Assembly: GCF_000354175.2 (NCBI RefSeq)
Contig: NC_022349.1
Span: 1,890,001 to 1,922,000, forward strand
From: Vibrio alginolyticus NBRC 15630 = ATCC 17749
Lineage (GTDB): Bacteria > Pseudomonadota > Gammaproteobacteria > Enterobacterales > Vibrionaceae
Direction of reading: 5' to 3'
Length of the DNA: 32,000 nt
Position 1 is the stretch's first letter; every line of letters starts with the position of its first letter. Under the pieces are notes generated by a model, which had not been told where the DNA came from, did not search any database, and saw nothing but the letters and a program-made list of their open reading frames with translations. The position numbers were made by a program, and so were the translations under genes. Below are positions 1 to 10,044 of the stretch, one piece after another.

Positions 1-969
1 TTAACTTTGTCGCCTGAAGAGATTCATGAGAGCTTCGATAATGAAGAGATAGAGTTAGACGAAGTAGAAGCCGTTCGTAAACGCATTCAACAATTCGATC
101 CTCTTGGAGTTGCATCACGTAACTTACAAGAATGTTTGTTACTGCAACTGACGACCTTCCCAGAAGACACGCCGTGGCTTGCTGAAGCCAAAATGATACT
201 TGCGGATCATATTGATCACCTAGGCAACCGTGACTACAAGCTCGTCATCAAAGAGACTAAGCTGAAAGAAGCCGATCTTCGTGAAGTCTTAAAGCTTATC
301 CAACAGTTAGATCCTCGTCCAGGTAGTCGCATCACTCCTGATGATACCGAGTACGTAATTCCAGACGTGTCCGTTTTTAAAGACAATGGCAAATGGACCG
401 TTTCTGTAAACCCGGATAGCGTGCCCAAATTAAAAGTAAATCAACAATATGCTCAATTAGGCAAAGGTAATAGCGCGGATAGCCAGTACATCCGCAGCAA
501 TTTGCAAGAGGCAAAATGGTTAATTAAGAGCTTAGAGAGTAGAAACGAGACGCTACTCAAAGTTGCAAGATGTATTGTTGAACATCAACAAGATTTCTTC
601 GAGTATGGTGAGGAAGCCATGAAGCCAATGGTGCTCAATGATGTCGCTTTGGCTGTGGACATGCATGAATCCACGATTTCTCGTGTAACAACGCAAAAAT
701 TTATGCATACACCACGTGGTATTTTTGAATTGAAGTACTTCTTCTCTAGCCATGTTAGTACTGACAACGGCGGAGAATGTTCGTCAACAGCAATTCGTGC
801 ACTCATTAAAAAACTGGTCGCAGCAGAGAATACTGCCAAACCACTGAGTGATAGCAAGATTGCTGCTCTTCTGGCTGACCAAGGGATTCAGGTCGCAAGA
901 CGTACGATAGCCAAATATCGCGAATCCTTGGGAATTGCCCCTTCAAGTCAGCGTAAACGCCTATTATAA
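1..969 (+). CDS. rpoN: RNA polymerase sigma-54 factor RpoN, C-terminal part (5' end lies outside the window)
   Basis: Frame 1 is open from base 1, so the TTG at 7 is only an ORF-caller artefact. The C-terminal RpoN box [14 protein letters not shown] is present. The canonical hpf-ptsN-rapZ-npr genes follow. Confidence 0.95.
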   Translation, partial: LTLSPEEIHESFDNEEIELDEVEAVRKRIQQFDPLGVASRNLQECLLLQLTTFPEDTPWLAEAKMILADHIDHLGNRDYKLVIKETKLKEADLREVLKLIQQLDPRPGSRITPDDTEYVIPDVSVFKDNGKWTVSVNPDSVPKLKVNQQYAQLGKGNSADSQYIRSNLQEAKWLIKSLESRNETLLKVARCIVEHQQDFFEYGEEAMKPMVLNDVALAVDMHESTISRVTTQKFMHTPRGIFELKYFFSSHVSTDNGGECSSTAIRALIKKLVAAENTAKPLSDSKIAALLADQGIQVARRTIAKYRESLGIAPSSQRKRLL

Positions 970-993
970 GGCACTAACTGAAAAGGAAAGTCT

Positions 994-1281
994 ATGCAAA
1001 TCAATATTCAAGGCCATCACGTTGATCTTACCGATTCAATGCAAGACTATGTAAATTCTAAGTTTCAGAAGCTCGAAAGGTTCTTCGACCACATCAATCA
1101 AGTGCATGTTGTACTAAAAGTTGAAAAAATTACTCAAATCGCGGAAGCTACGCTTCACATAAATCAAGGCGAAATCCACGCATCAGCCGATGACGAAAAT
1201 ATGTATGCCGCGATCGATTCGCTGGTAGATAAATTGGTTCGCCAACTTAATAAGCACAAAGAAAAACTAAACAGTCATTAA
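994..1281 (+). CDS. hpf: ribosome hibernation promoting factor (sigma-54 modulation protein family, YhbH/Hpf)
   Basis: 95 aa, with length and sequence typical of short Hpf. SD AAGGAAAG lies just upstream. It sits in the conserved position directly after rpoN. Confidence 0.9.
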   Translation: MQINIQGHHVDLTDSMQDYVNSKFQKLERFFDHINQVHVVLKVEKITQIAEATLHINQGEIHASADDENMYAAIDSLVDKLVRQLNKHKEKLNSH

Positions 1282-1283
1282 TC

Positions 1284-1730
1284 ATGCAACTGAGCGAAAT
1301 ACTGTCATTGGACTGCACCAAAAGTGCGGTCCACTGCACGAGTAAAAAACGCGCCCTTGAAATGATCAGCCGTATCGTGGCTGATCAAACGGGCCAAGAT
1401 TCTACCGAGCTGTTCGAATGCATGCTCAATAGAGAAAAAATGGGCAGTACCGGTATCGGAAACGGTATTGCGATCCCTCACGCGAGAATGCAATCAAGCG
1501 ACAAGGCCATTGCTGTCTTACTGCAATGTGATGAAGCAATCGAATTTGATGCGATTGACAATCGACCTGTCGATCTTCTTTTTGCGCTCCTTGTACCAGA
1601 AGAACAGTGCAAAGAGCACCTCAAGACTCTATCCTCTATGGCAGAACGTCTGAGCGATAAGCAAGTATTAAAACTACTGCGTAATGCTCAGAGTGATGAA
1701 GAACTTTACGACATCATGATTCACCAATAA
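1284..1730 (+). CDS. ptsN: PTS IIA-like nitrogen regulatory protein PtsN (EIIA-Ntr)
   Basis: 148 aa, collinear with E. coli PtsN. Contains the [15 protein letters not shown] active-site His block and the DLLFALLVP block. Confidence 0.93.
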   Translation: MQLSEILSLDCTKSAVHCTSKKRALEMISRIVADQTGQDSTELFECMLNREKMGSTGIGNGIAIPHARMQSSDKAIAVLLQCDEAIEFDAIDNRPVDLLFALLVPEEQCKEHLKTLSSMAERLSDKQVLKLLRNAQSDEELYDIMIHQ

Positions 1731-1744
1731 GCAGGACTAACTCC

Positions 1745-2608
1745 ATGCGACTAATCGTTGTTAGCGGGCACTCAGGTGCCGGTAAAAGTATTGCGCTTCG
1801 TGTACTGGAAGACTTAGGTTACTACTGTGTTGATAACCTGCCAGTTAACTTGCTGGACGCATTTGTTCATTCTGTTGCTGACAGCAAACAGAATGTTGCA
1901 GTCAGCATTGATATTCGTAATATTCCTAAAAAGCTAAAAGAACTGACGAGTACACTAGAACAGTTAAAAACTGAGCTTGATGTGACCATGCTTTTCTTGG
2001 ACGCCAATAAAGAAACGCTACTCAAACGCTACAGCGAAACACGCCGAATTCACCCGTTATCTTTAGGTGGCACCTCCCTCTCGCTCGATCAAGCCATCGA
2101 GCGTGAGAAACAAATTTTGACGCCACTCAAAGCGCATGCAGATCTGGTCCTAAATAGTAGTGGGCAGTCTTTGCATGAATTGAGTGAAACCGTGCGTATG
2201 CGCGTTGAAGGCAGAGATCGCAAAGGGCTCGTTATGGTATTTGAGTCTTTTGGTTTTAAATACGGCCTGCCTTCCGATGCCGATTACGTATTTGACGTTC
2301 GCTTCTTACCTAACCCACATTGGGAACAAGCACTACGCCCGCTTACAGGTCTGGATGCTCCTATCGCCGCATTTTTAGAGCAACACCAATCGGTGTTAAG
2401 TTTGAAATATCAAATTGAAAGCTTTATAGAGAATTGGTTACCTCTGCTTGAGAAAAACAACCGCAGCTACCTGACCGTTGCAATCGGTTGTACTGGTGGT
2501 AAGCACCGCTCGGTGTACTTAACTCAGCAAATCGGTGAATACTTCGCCAACAAAGGACACCAAGTACAAATTCGCCATACCTCACTAGAGAAAAACGCTA
2601 AGGAGTAG
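1745..2608 (+). CDS. rapZ: RNase adapter protein RapZ (YhbJ)
   Basis: 287 aa with Walker A GHSGAGKS. Conserved [21 protein letters not shown] and [11 protein letters not shown] blocks match E. coli RapZ. Confidence 0.95.
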   Translation: MRLIVVSGHSGAGKSIALRVLEDLGYYCVDNLPVNLLDAFVHSVADSKQNVAVSIDIRNIPKKLKELTSTLEQLKTELDVTMLFLDANKETLLKRYSETRRIHPLSLGGTSLSLDQAIEREKQILTPLKAHADLVLNSSGQSLHELSETVRMRVEGRDRKGLVMVFESFGFKYGLPSDADYVFDVRFLPNPHWEQALRPLTGLDAPIAAFLEQHQSVLSLKYQIESFIENWLPLLEKNNRSYLTVAIGCTGGKHRSVYLTQQIGEYFANKGHQVQIRHTSLEKNAKE

Positions 2609-2610
2609 CC

Positions 2611-2886
2611 GTGGAGTTAAGTCGTAAAGTATTGATTCAAAACCGCCTTGGCTTACATGCTCGTGCAGCAGTCAAGCTGGTCGAACTGGCACAGAGCTTT
2701 GAAGCGGTCATCACCATCGACAATGAAGAAGACAAAACCGCCACAGCAGACAGCGTAATGGGCCTGTTAATGCTAGAGTCCGCTCAAGGACAATACGTCA
2801 CGATCCACGCAACGGGTGGGCAAGCGGAAGAAGCACTGGATGCCGTTTGCCACTTGATCGAAGATAAATTTGATGAAGGCGAGTAG
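2611..2886 (+). CDS. npr: HPr-like phosphocarrier protein NPr
   Basis: 91 aa with a GTG start 2 nt after the rapZ stop and AAGGAG SD inside the rapZ 3' end. HPr-type active-site His lies in [10 protein letters not shown]. It is the last gene of the rpoN operon, as in E. coli. Confidence 0.9.
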   Translation: MELSRKVLIQNRLGLHARAAVKLVELAQSFEAVITIDNEEDKTATADSVMGLLMLESAQGQYVTIHATGGQAEEALDAVCHLIEDKFDEGE

Positions 2887-2902
2887 TTTACTCGCTTTTT
2901 TC
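2879..2902 (+). terminator. Rho-independent terminator of the rpoN-npr operon
   Basis: Stem GCGAGT (2879-2884) pairs with ACTCGC (2890-2895) and overlaps the npr TAG stop. A T6 run at 2896-2901 follows. Confidence 0.7.
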
Positions 2903-3034
2903 TTACCTCCCATTATCTTTCTCTTCCCTGACCTAATAAATAAATTTGCTTAGTATCATAAGTTGTTATTAAAAGGCGCCTAGAATTAAGTTATTATTCA
3001 ACGCATTGTAAATATCAGGAATTGGGAGGAATGA

Positions 3035-4393
3035 ATGGCAGAGCAAATTGAATTCGACCAAGCTCACCAAGCCCTCCAAGAAGTCACAGAAGCGCTAGAA
3101 AATGGCCGCTTCGTCCATGTTCGTCGTCAATTACAGGACATGGAACCTGAGGATATCGCTCACCTTTTAGAAGCCTCCCCACGGAAGAGCCGTGAAGTTC
3201 TTTGGCAACTCACCGACCCTGAAGATTATGGTGAAATCCTTGACGAGCTGAACGAAGACGTCAAAGACAGCCTCGTATCCAAAATGGCACCAGAAGCGCT
3301 TGCAGAAGCGACAGAAGGCATGGATACCGATGACGTGGCTTACGTACTGCGTAGCTTGCCTGACAACCTGTCACGCGAAGTCCTGTCGCAAATGGACTCC
3401 TCTGACCGTCTACGGGTCGAAACTGCCCTATCCTACCCAGAAGACACCGCGGGAGGACTGATGAACACCGACGTCATCACAATTCGTGGTGACGTAGATG
3501 TGGACGTAGTTTTGCGTTATCTACGTATGAAAGGCGAGCTTCCAGAAGCTACGGATGCCCTGTATGTGATCGATGAAGAGAGTAAGCTCATCGGTGAACT
3601 GCCGATCACGACGCTTATTACCACTCAGCCAGACGTAAAAATCATTGATGTAATGGAAGACGCGGACGAGGCCATCACCGTCGATACTAGCGACTCAGAT
3701 GTTGCGAGTCTGTTCGAACGCCGTAATTGGGTATCTGCACCTGTTGTTGATGAAAACTTGCATTTGGTCGGTCGTATCACCATCGATGACGTGGTTGACG
3801 TTATTCGTGAAGACGCGGAACACTCGATGATGAGTATGGCGGGTATGGACGATGACGAAGATACTTTCGCGCCTGTTGTAAAATCAGCTCGCAAACGCAG
3901 TATCTGGCTTGGCGCTAACGTATTAGCCGCCCTTGCTGCTGCTTCCGTTTCTAATATGTTTGAGGCCACATTAGATCAAATGGCGGCCATTGCAGTATTG
4001 ATGACGATTGTTCCGTCCATGGGTGGTGTCGCTGGTAACCAAACCGTCGCACTAGTGATTCGTGGTCTTGCTCTTGGTCATATCGGTGACTCAAACAAAC
4101 GCGAACTGTTAATGAAAGAAGCTTCGATCGGCTTACTCAACGGTATCATGTGGGCGCTGATTATTGGTGGTATTGTTGTTGCTTGGAAAGGTAACTGGAT
4201 GCTCGGAGGAATCATTTCCGCCGCCATGCTGACCAACTTATTGGTCGCAGGTATTGCAGGAGTAACGATTCCAATCCTATTGAAAAAAATGAACATCGAT
4301 CCTGCTTTAGCTGGTGGTATGGCATTAACAACGGTGACGGATGTGATTGGTTTATCTGTCTTCTTAGGGCTTGCCACAATACTGATTACCTAA
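3035..4393 (+). CDS. mgtE: magnesium transporter MgtE
   Basis: 452 aa with an acidic N-domain, tandem CBS-like region and C-terminal 5-TM region (GNQTVALVIRGLALG, TTVTDVIG). SD GGGAGG lies 5 nt upstream of the ATG. Confidence 0.92.
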   Translation: MAEQIEFDQAHQALQEVTEALENGRFVHVRRQLQDMEPEDIAHLLEASPRKSREVLWQLTDPEDYGEILDELNEDVKDSLVSKMAPEALAEATEGMDTDDVAYVLRSLPDNLSREVLSQMDSSDRLRVETALSYPEDTAGGLMNTDVITIRGDVDVDVVLRYLRMKGELPEATDALYVIDEESKLIGELPITTLITTQPDVKIIDVMEDADEAITVDTSDSDVASLFERRNWVSAPVVDENLHLVGRITIDDVVDVIREDAEHSMMSMAGMDDDEDTFAPVVKSARKRSIWLGANVLAALAAASVSNMFEATLDQMAAIAVLMTIVPSMGGVAGNQTVALVIRGLALGHIGDSNKRELLMKEASIGLLNGIMWALIIGGIVVAWKGNWMLGGIISAAMLTNLLVAGIAGVTIPILLKKMNIDPALAGGMALTTVTDVIGLSVFLGLATILIT

Positions 4394-4404
4394 CAGAAAA
4401 AACG

Positions 4405-4436
4405 AAAAAGCCTGATGAACACATCAGGCTTTTTTG
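4405..4436. terminator. bidirectional intrinsic terminator between convergent mgtE and pmbA
   Basis: 9-bp stem AGCCTGATG (4409-4417) pairs with CATCAGGCT (4422-4430) around loop AACA. It is flanked by an A-run upstream and a T-run downstream. Confidence 0.8.
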
Positions 4437-4457
4437 ATTCTGAATTGCTAGAAAAGC

Positions 4458-5801
4458 TTATTCACCCGCCACTTTCATGGTATCCAGTAGGATAGAGCCC
4501 GTTTGGATTTGTGAGCGCGTTTCAATATCACTACCAACCGCCACAATCTTGGTGAACATGTCTTTTAGATTACCTGCGATGGTAATTTCTGATACTGGGT
4601 ATTGGATCTCGCCATTCTCAACCCAGAAGCCTGCGGCACCGCGAGAGTAATCACCCGTTACCACGTTCACACCTTGTCCCATGACTTCTGTCACTAGAAG
4701 ACCAGTACCGAGCTCTTTAAGCATTTGTTCGAAGTTTTGGCCTGTCGACTTCACGTACCAGTTATGAATCCCACCAGCGTGACCTGTCGGCGTCATCTTC
4801 ATTTTACGTGCGGCATAACTGGTTAACAGATAAGTTGCTAGCACACCGTCGGTAATGATCTCACGGTCTTGAGTGTACACACCTTCACTATCGAATGGAC
4901 TTGATGCCAAACCACGCAATACATGCGGACGTTCTGAGATATTGAACCATTCAGGAAGCACTTGTTTGCCTAGATGGTCAAGTAAGAAAGAAGATTTTCG
5001 GTACAAGTTACCACCGCTGATCGCCATAACGAGATGGCCAATCAAGCCTGTCGCAACATCAGCCGCAAACATGATTGGGTATTGACCTGTTTTTAGACGC
5101 TGCGCATCTAAGCGGTTAACCGTATTCTCTGCCGCCTTACGACCCACCGTTTCTGGGGTCCATAAGTCATCACGATGACGTGCCACGGTGTAGCTGTAAT
5201 CACGTTCCATCTCGCCGTTTTGACCAACGCCAATTACACAACAGCTAGTACTATGTCGGCTAGACGCATAACTAGCTAATAAGCCATGGCTATTGCCATA
5301 CACTTTCACGCCGTAATGACTATCATAACTCGCGCCATCACTTTGTTTGATTGCACTATTATAATTTAGCGCCTCTTTTTCTGCTGCAATCGCCACATTG
5401 GCAGCATAGTCTGGATCGGGTGCGTCAGGGTGGAAAAGATCAAGCTCAGGGATCTCTTGCACCATGTATTCTTTCGCTGCAGGGCCTGCAAATGGGTCTT
5501 CAGATGTGTAATGTGCAATATCTAGCGCCGCTATAACGGTTTGCTCGATTGCAGCTTCACTTAAATCAGACGTGGAAGCACTGCCTTTGCGTTGACCTCG
5601 GTAAACGGTAATGCCCAGCGCACCATCGCTGTTGAACTCGACATTTTCTACTTCACCCATACGAGTTGAAACACTTAAACCAGTGCTTTTAGTAATTGCG
5701 ACTTCGGCGGCGTCAGATTTTGCCGATGCAAGCTTTAAGGCTCTTGCGACGGCTTGCTCTAGCTCGGTACGTTGCTCAGCAACCTGCTGTTTAATATCCA
5801 T
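4458..5801 (-). CDS. pmbA: metalloprotease PmbA (TldE)
   Basis: 447 aa, collinear with E. coli PmbA. Shared blocks include [18 protein letters not shown] and [33 protein letters not shown]. Confidence 0.95.
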   Translation of the reverse strand: MDIKQQVAEQRTELEQAVARALKLASAKSDAAEVAITKSTGLSVSTRMGEVENVEFNSDGALGITVYRGQRKGSASTSDLSEAAIEQTVIAALDIAHYTSEDPFAGPAAKEYMVQEIPELDLFHPDAPDPDYAANVAIAAEKEALNYNSAIKQSDGASYDSHYGVKVYGNSHGLLASYASSRHSTSCCVIGVGQNGEMERDYSYTVARHRDDLWTPETVGRKAAENTVNRLDAQRLKTGQYPIMFAADVATGLIGHLVMAISGGNLYRKSSFLLDHLGKQVLPEWFNISERPHVLRGLASSPFDSEGVYTQDREIITDGVLATYLLTSYAARKMKMTPTGHAGGIHNWYVKSTGQNFEQMLKELGTGLLVTEVMGQGVNVVTGDYSRGAAGFWVENGEIQYPVSEITIAGNLKDMFTKIVAVGSDIETRSQIQTGSILLDTMKVAGE

Positions 5802-5836
5802 TGTCTTTCACATCTTGTCTTTGATGAACAATAGGA

Positions 5837-5873
5837 TAACAAGAATTTCGCTTTCTCCCCATGATTCTTGTTA
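5837..5873. promoter_or_regulatory. 10-bp inverted repeat in the pmbA/yjgA divergent promoter region (function unknown)
   Basis: TAACAAGAAT (5837-5846) pairs with ATTCTTGTTA (5864-5873) across a 17-nt spacer. The right arm abuts a TAAAAT -10-like hexamer. Confidence 0.25.
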
Positions 5874-5911
5874 AAATAGTCATAATATTAATCAAAACAC
5901 AGGCAACTGAA

Positions 5912-6439
5912 ATGGCACGTAAGAATCAAAAAGCGCCATGGGAACCAGAAGAAGAGATCATCTGGGTAAGTAAATCCGAGATGAAGCGAGACATGGAAGA
6001 ACTGCAAAAGCTAGGTGAGGAGCTTGTCGGCCTCAAACCTTCAGTTCTAGAAAAGTTTCCATTGAGCGAAGATTTGCGAGAAGCAATTGCTGACGCGCAA
6101 CGCTTTAAAAATGAAGCGCGTCGTCGCCAATTACAACGTATCGGTAAATTGATGCGTTACGAAGATCCAGAGCCAATCCAAGCCGCACTGGATAAAATTC
6201 GTAATAAGCACTCTCAATTAACGGCGGTATTCCACAAACTTGAAGCGTTGCGTGATCGCGTAGTGGAAGAAGGTGACAAAGCCATTGATGACGTAATGGA
6301 AATGTACCCAGAAGCGGATCGTCAGCGTCTACGCCAACTTGCTCGCCAAGCAGCGAAAGAGAAAAAAGCTGGGAAACCAGCAAAAGCGTACCGCGAAATC
6401 TTTCAGATCCTTAAAGGTCTAAACGAAGAAGAGTTTTAA
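5912..6439 (+). CDS. yjgA: ribosome-associated protein YjgA (DUF615 / DarP family)
   Basis: The ORF-track start at 5861 adds a 17-aa hydrophobic extension absent from homologs. From ATG 5912 the protein ([23 protein letters not shown]...) aligns with E. coli YjgA. It is divergent from pmbA, as in E. coli. Confidence 0.88.
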   Translation: MARKNQKAPWEPEEEIIWVSKSEMKRDMEELQKLGEELVGLKPSVLEKFPLSEDLREAIADAQRFKNEARRRQLQRIGKLMRYEDPEPIQAALDKIRNKHSQLTAVFHKLEALRDRVVEEGDKAIDDVMEMYPEADRQRLRQLARQAAKEKKAGKPAKAYREIFQILKGLNEEEF

Positions 6440-6475
6440 TTCGAGGGCTCACGCAATGAGCATTCGATTTAAACG

Positions 6476-6507
6476 CAAAAAGCAGACGTCAATGTCTGCT
6501 TTTTTTA
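6476..6507. terminator. bidirectional intrinsic terminator between convergent yjgA and the dehydrogenase gene
   Basis: Stem AGCAGAC (6481-6487) pairs with GTCTGCT (6494-6500). An A5 run precedes it and a T7 run follows. Confidence 0.75.
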
Positions 6508-6528
6508 TCTTTGGTTTTACAGTCAGCG

Positions 6529-7491
6529 TTACACTAAGCGATTAACGCGGTCTCCGCGCTCGAAAGCGTTAATGTTCTCAATCAAGATTTCCGCTAAACG
6601 TTGAATAGATGAGTCGCTGCCCCATGCAACATGCGGTGTCAGTAACAAATTAGGTAAACTCATATTGGCAATCAGCGGATTGCTCTCATCAGCCGGTTCT
6701 TGTGTAAAAACATCAAAACCAGCCGCTGCAATTTCTTGCTGTTTTAAGGCATCCACCAGTGCGCTCTCATCCACCAAACCTCCACGCCCTGTATTAATCA
6801 AAATGGAGTTGGACTTCATTTGTTGCAACTCTGCTTGACCAATTAAATTCTGAGTATGATCGTTGAGCGGGCAATGCAAGGTCAGCGCATCGGAGCGTTT
6901 TAATACTTCCTCAAACGGCACATAACCAGGCCGACATTCTGCCGCCCCTTTACGCTCAGAAAACAACACGGTCATTCCTAACGCTTGAGCCAGATTCGCC
7001 GTCGCTTGCCCTAGTGCCCCGCTACCAACAACACCTAACGTGCTACCACCAATATCCCCGATTGGGTGCGTAAAAAAACAAAACTGCTGGTTACGCTGCC
7101 ACTCACCTGCGGCAATATCTTGGTGGTACCCAAATAAATTCCGTCTTAAAGCGAATAACATTGACATCACATGCTCGGGCACCGAACGCGTCGCGTAACC
7201 ACGTACATTAGCAACCGCAATATCATGATTAGCACAGTAGTTCACATCGACGTTGTTAAAACCAGTTGCGGCAACCGCGATCATCCGTAATTTTGGTAGT
7301 TGCTCTAATACATGTTGGTCAAGCAGGACTTTATTGCTAATCACGATATCGGCATCTGCTAACCTTTCTATTACCTGCTCAGGCGCAGTTAGGTCGTACT
7401 CACGCCAGTGGTGCGGAAAGCCAGGTCGTGGGACCTCAATATGTTCTGGGATGGTCGCTCGGTCTAAAAATACGATGCTTGGCAAAGACAT
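6529..7491 (-). CDS. D-isomer-specific 2-hydroxyacid dehydrogenase (glycerate/hydroxypyruvate reductase-like)
   Basis: 320 aa with the NAD-binding loop GVVGSGALGQA. The catalytic-domain pattern (RGGLVDE ... TPHVAWGS) is typical of the family. SD AAGGAG lies 6 nt upstream. Substrate cannot be assigned from sequence. Confidence 0.85.
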   Translation of the reverse strand: MSLPSIVFLDRATIPEHIEVPRPGFPHHWREYDLTAPEQVIERLADADIVISNKVLLDQHVLEQLPKLRMIAVAATGFNNVDVNYCANHDIAVANVRGYATRSVPEHVMSMLFALRRNLFGYHQDIAAGEWQRNQQFCFFTHPIGDIGGSTLGVVGSGALGQATANLAQALGMTVLFSERKGAAECRPGYVPFEEVLKRSDALTLHCPLNDHTQNLIGQAELQQMKSNSILINTGRGGLVDESALVDALKQQEIAAAGFDVFTQEPADESNPLIANMSLPNLLLTPHVAWGSDSSIQRLAEILIENINAFERGDRVNRLV

Positions 7492-7594
7492 AACAACTCC
7501 TTGTTCACGGCTGAAAGACAGGATACATCAACCACAGTAACGAAATAGCCAAAAATAGCGAACTAGAAAGAACCGCTGTTGAGTGCAATTGGCA

Positions 7595-8347
7595 TTAAGG
7601 GTGTGGCAACGTTTTATAATCAGGCAATGTACGCTCTGGCGAAAAATAGTTAAAGATCATCGCCTCGGCTTCAGGAGAAAAGTCACAGGGTACAAAAATA
7701 CTGCTCAACTGTTCTGTGACTGGGTGATAAAAACTTAACTCCGCAGCGTGCAACTCTAAACGCTCTGAAAACTGATACGCCTCTTCAGTTGCATAAAACT
7801 CATCACCAATAATCGCATGACCAATCGCCATCAAATGCACGCGTAACTGATGCGATCGACCAGTAATGGGCAGTAGTCGCACAACGGTCGTATGGGTGCC
7901 ATCAGGGTGCACTTCACGCTTCACTACTTGGAATAAAGTTTGAGATGGTTTGCCGTCGTCAAAACATACTTTTTGTCGTGGACGATTTGGCCAATCACAA
8001 ATTAATGGAAGATCAATATTCCCTTCTTGCGGCTCAACATGCCCCCAAACACGTGCGTAATACACCTTGTGAGTGAGGCGATATTGGAACTGCTTTTTTA
8101 ATGCTCGCTCCGCGGGTTTGTTTTTCGCCAGCAACATCAACCCTGATGTCGACATATCCAAGCGATGCACAACTTGAATTTCTGGATGCAACTCTTTGAG
8201 GCGGCTCCACATGCTGTCGTAATGCTCTGCAAGGCGACCAGGGACAGACAGCAGCCCTGATGGCTTATTCACTGCCAGAATGTCGTCATCCTCAAAAACG
8301 ATATCAACCCAAGGGTCGGTGGGAGGGGTATATTCAAGCATTGCCAT
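7595..8347 (-). CDS. rluA: RNA pseudouridine synthase RluA
   Basis: 250 aa, collinear with E. coli RluA. Shared blocks: VNKPSGLLSVPGR, catalytic HRLDMSTSGLML, DLPLICDWPNRPRQKV and ITGRSHQLRVH. The start (8347 or the in-frame ATG at 8341) is uncertain. Confidence 0.88.
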   Translation of the reverse strand: MAMLEYTPPTDPWVDIVFEDDDILAVNKPSGLLSVPGRLAEHYDSMWSRLKELHPEIQVVHRLDMSTSGLMLLAKNKPAERALKKQFQYRLTHKVYYARVWGHVEPQEGNIDLPLICDWPNRPRQKVCFDDGKPSQTLFQVVKREVHPDGTHTTVVRLLPITGRSHQLRVHLMAIGHAIIGDEFYATEEAYQFSERLELHAAELSFYHPVTEQLSSIFVPCDFSPEAEAMIFNYFSPERTLPDYKTLPHP

Positions 8348-8602
8348 GGGAGATCTCTACAAAATAAAAACGCCGCGATTATATACCCAAATAGCACCCA
8401 GATGCAGGGTTCGGAAGAAAAGTTCAACCCAATAAAACAAAGTCAATCCTTTAGCATAAAAACTAAAAATAGCACGTTGTAAATTTAGTTTGACAACAAG
8501 ACGCATAACTGAATAGAGTGCTAGATGCACACAGCATGATATTCGCAAAGAATACTTAAAATAAATACACCAAAACACAGCATTTAAAAGACATTACCGT
8601 TG

Positions 8603-8668
8603 CGCAGTATAGGGCGATCGCTCAGCCTGTCATGTACTGCGGTATGTATCTCTTTAGAAAGATACATA
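8603..8668 (+). promoter_or_regulatory. two tandem hairpins/inverted repeats in the leader of the Nramp-family gene (function unknown)
   Basis: CGCAGTA (8603-8609) pairs with TACTGCG (8635-8641) and encloses the palindrome GCGATCGC. TATGTATCT (8643-8651) pairs with AGATACATA (8660-8668). The structure ends about 7 nt before the AAGGA SD of the 8690 start. Confidence 0.3.
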
Positions 8669-8689
8669 AGATAAAAAGGACAATAAGCA

Positions 8690-9955
8690 ATGGACTCCGC
8701 CGTTATAGATAAACCCCAATCCAAACTTTCCTTATTTTTTCGTTCGCTAGGCCCCGGCATATTAATGGCATCTGCTGCGGTCGGTGGCTCTCACCTCGTC
8801 GCATCAACCAAGGCTGGTGCGATTTATGGTTGGCAATTGGCTGCACTGATTCTGCTCGTAAACCTGTTTAAATACCCTTTTTTCCGAGCGGGCGTACAGT
8901 ACACCATGGGGACAGGGCTCACCTTGGTTGAGGGCTACGCGAAATTAGGTCGGCCTTATCTATGGCTATTTCTATTTCTGAGCGTGGTATCGGCCGTCAT
9001 CAATACCGCCGCTTTGTTGATGTTTAGCGCTAGCTTGCTGGGCTACTTCATTCCGTTTTCACTATCAATGGCATCACTCAGCATCATTGTGATTGTCACC
9101 TGCCTGATCATATTATTTGCTGGCCATTACAAAGCGCTCGATACGCTATCTAAAGTGATAATGTCGGTGTTAACCATCGCGACTTTACTCGCTGTTTCTA
9201 TCGCCGTTGGTAACCCTGTTGAGCAAGTAGCCAACTTCGAGCCGCCATCACCTTGGTCTATTGCGGCTATTGGTTTTATCGTCGTGACAATGGGGTGGAT
9301 GCCTGCACCGATAGAGATCTCCTGTTTAACCTCAGCGTGGCTAAAACGCCAATCAAGCCAGCAAGAAGTAACATACCGCTCTGCTCTATTTGACTTTAAT
9401 GTCGGTTATATTGGCACGGCGTTTCTTGCCATTATCTTTGTATCGCTAGGCTCTTTGATGCTTTATGGTTCTGGCGTTGCGCTTGAAAGCTCTGGCGTTG
9501 GCTTCTCCCACCAATTGGTTGGCTTATATGCGGCAACGATTGGCGAATGGTCTCGTTACTTAATCGCGGTAATTGCGTTTTTCTGTATCTTTGGCAGCAC
9601 GATTACCGTTATTGATGGCTATTCGCGCGTTATTTCGGATTCTCAACGCCTACTGCGCTCACAACCAGACACTAACCCTAAAACCACTTCAGCGATCATG
9701 CTGGTAGTCTCCTTACTTGCATTAGGTATTGTGGTTTTCTGGGCTTCTGCGTTATTGCCTATGCTGAACTTTGCGATGATTCTCGCCTTTATGACCACGC
9801 CATTCTTTGCTCTGCTAAATTACACCTTAGTGAGCAAAACTGAGTTATCTGAGCCTTTGGCTGTTGGACCTAAACTAAAGTGGTTGTCGATTGCAGGCCT
9901 GATTTACTTGTTTGGCTTCTTGGCTGTATTTATCTGGTGGAAGTGGTTGATGTAA
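8690..9955 (+). CDS. Nramp-family divalent metal cation transporter
   Basis: 421 aa, polytopic with about 11 hydrophobic segments. The N-terminal GPGILMASAAVGGSHL region is typical of Nramp/MntH-like proteins. Substrate is not assignable from sequence. Confidence 0.75.
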   Translation: MDSAVIDKPQSKLSLFFRSLGPGILMASAAVGGSHLVASTKAGAIYGWQLAALILLVNLFKYPFFRAGVQYTMGTGLTLVEGYAKLGRPYLWLFLFLSVVSAVINTAALLMFSASLLGYFIPFSLSMASLSIIVIVTCLIILFAGHYKALDTLSKVIMSVLTIATLLAVSIAVGNPVEQVANFEPPSPWSIAAIGFIVVTMGWMPAPIEISCLTSAWLKRQSSQQEVTYRSALFDFNVGYIGTAFLAIIFVSLGSLMLYGSGVALESSGVGFSHQLVGLYAATIGEWSRYLIAVIAFFCIFGSTITVIDGYSRVISDSQRLLRSQPDTNPKTTSAIMLVVSLLALGIVVFWASALLPMLNFAMILAFMTTPFFALLNYTLVSKTELSEPLAVGPKLKWLSIAGLIYLFGFLAVFIWWKWLM

Positions 9956-10014
9956 ATGAGATAGCTATCAGTGATTAATGCATTCCGCTTAAAGAAACTA
10001 AACCGTAAATAAAG

Positions 10015-10044
10015 AAAAAGGTCTTCAACTGAAGACCTTTTTTA
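10015..10044. terminator. bidirectional intrinsic terminator between convergent Nramp gene and rapA
   Basis: 10-bp stem AAAGGTCTTC (10017-10026) pairs with GAAGACCTTT (10031-10040) around loop AACT. An A-run and a T-run flank it. Confidence 0.8.

Noticed and set aside
2903-3034. Possible Mg-sensing M-box (ykoK) riboswitch upstream of mgtE.
   Set aside because: Only about 130 nt is available between the npr terminator and the mgtE SD, which is too short for a promoter plus an M-box. The region is AT-rich without the extended paired helices expected. I could not see conserved M-box elements.
5861-5911. ORF-track N-terminal extensions: yjgA from 5861, rng from GTG 22659, mshP from 31043, mshQ from 30615.
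   Set aside because: Homolog N-termini (YjgA, RNase G), signal-peptide position (MshQ) and much better SD placement support the internal starts at 5912, 22653, 30992 and 30555. The extensions overlap upstream genes or promoter DNA.
8357-8578. 73-aa minus-strand ORF in the rluA/Nramp intergenic region.
   Set aside because: It sits in AT-rich promoter DNA. The product is Phe/Leu/Tyr/Cys-rich with no motif and no SD. It is most likely a chance ORF.
8660-8689. Fur box, MntR box or complete Pho box upstream of the Nramp gene.
   Set aside because: The best Fur-box alignment (GATACATAAGATAAAAAGG) matches only about 9/19 positions. The second Pho-box half-site matches 4/7. There is no match to the E. 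coli MntR palindrome.
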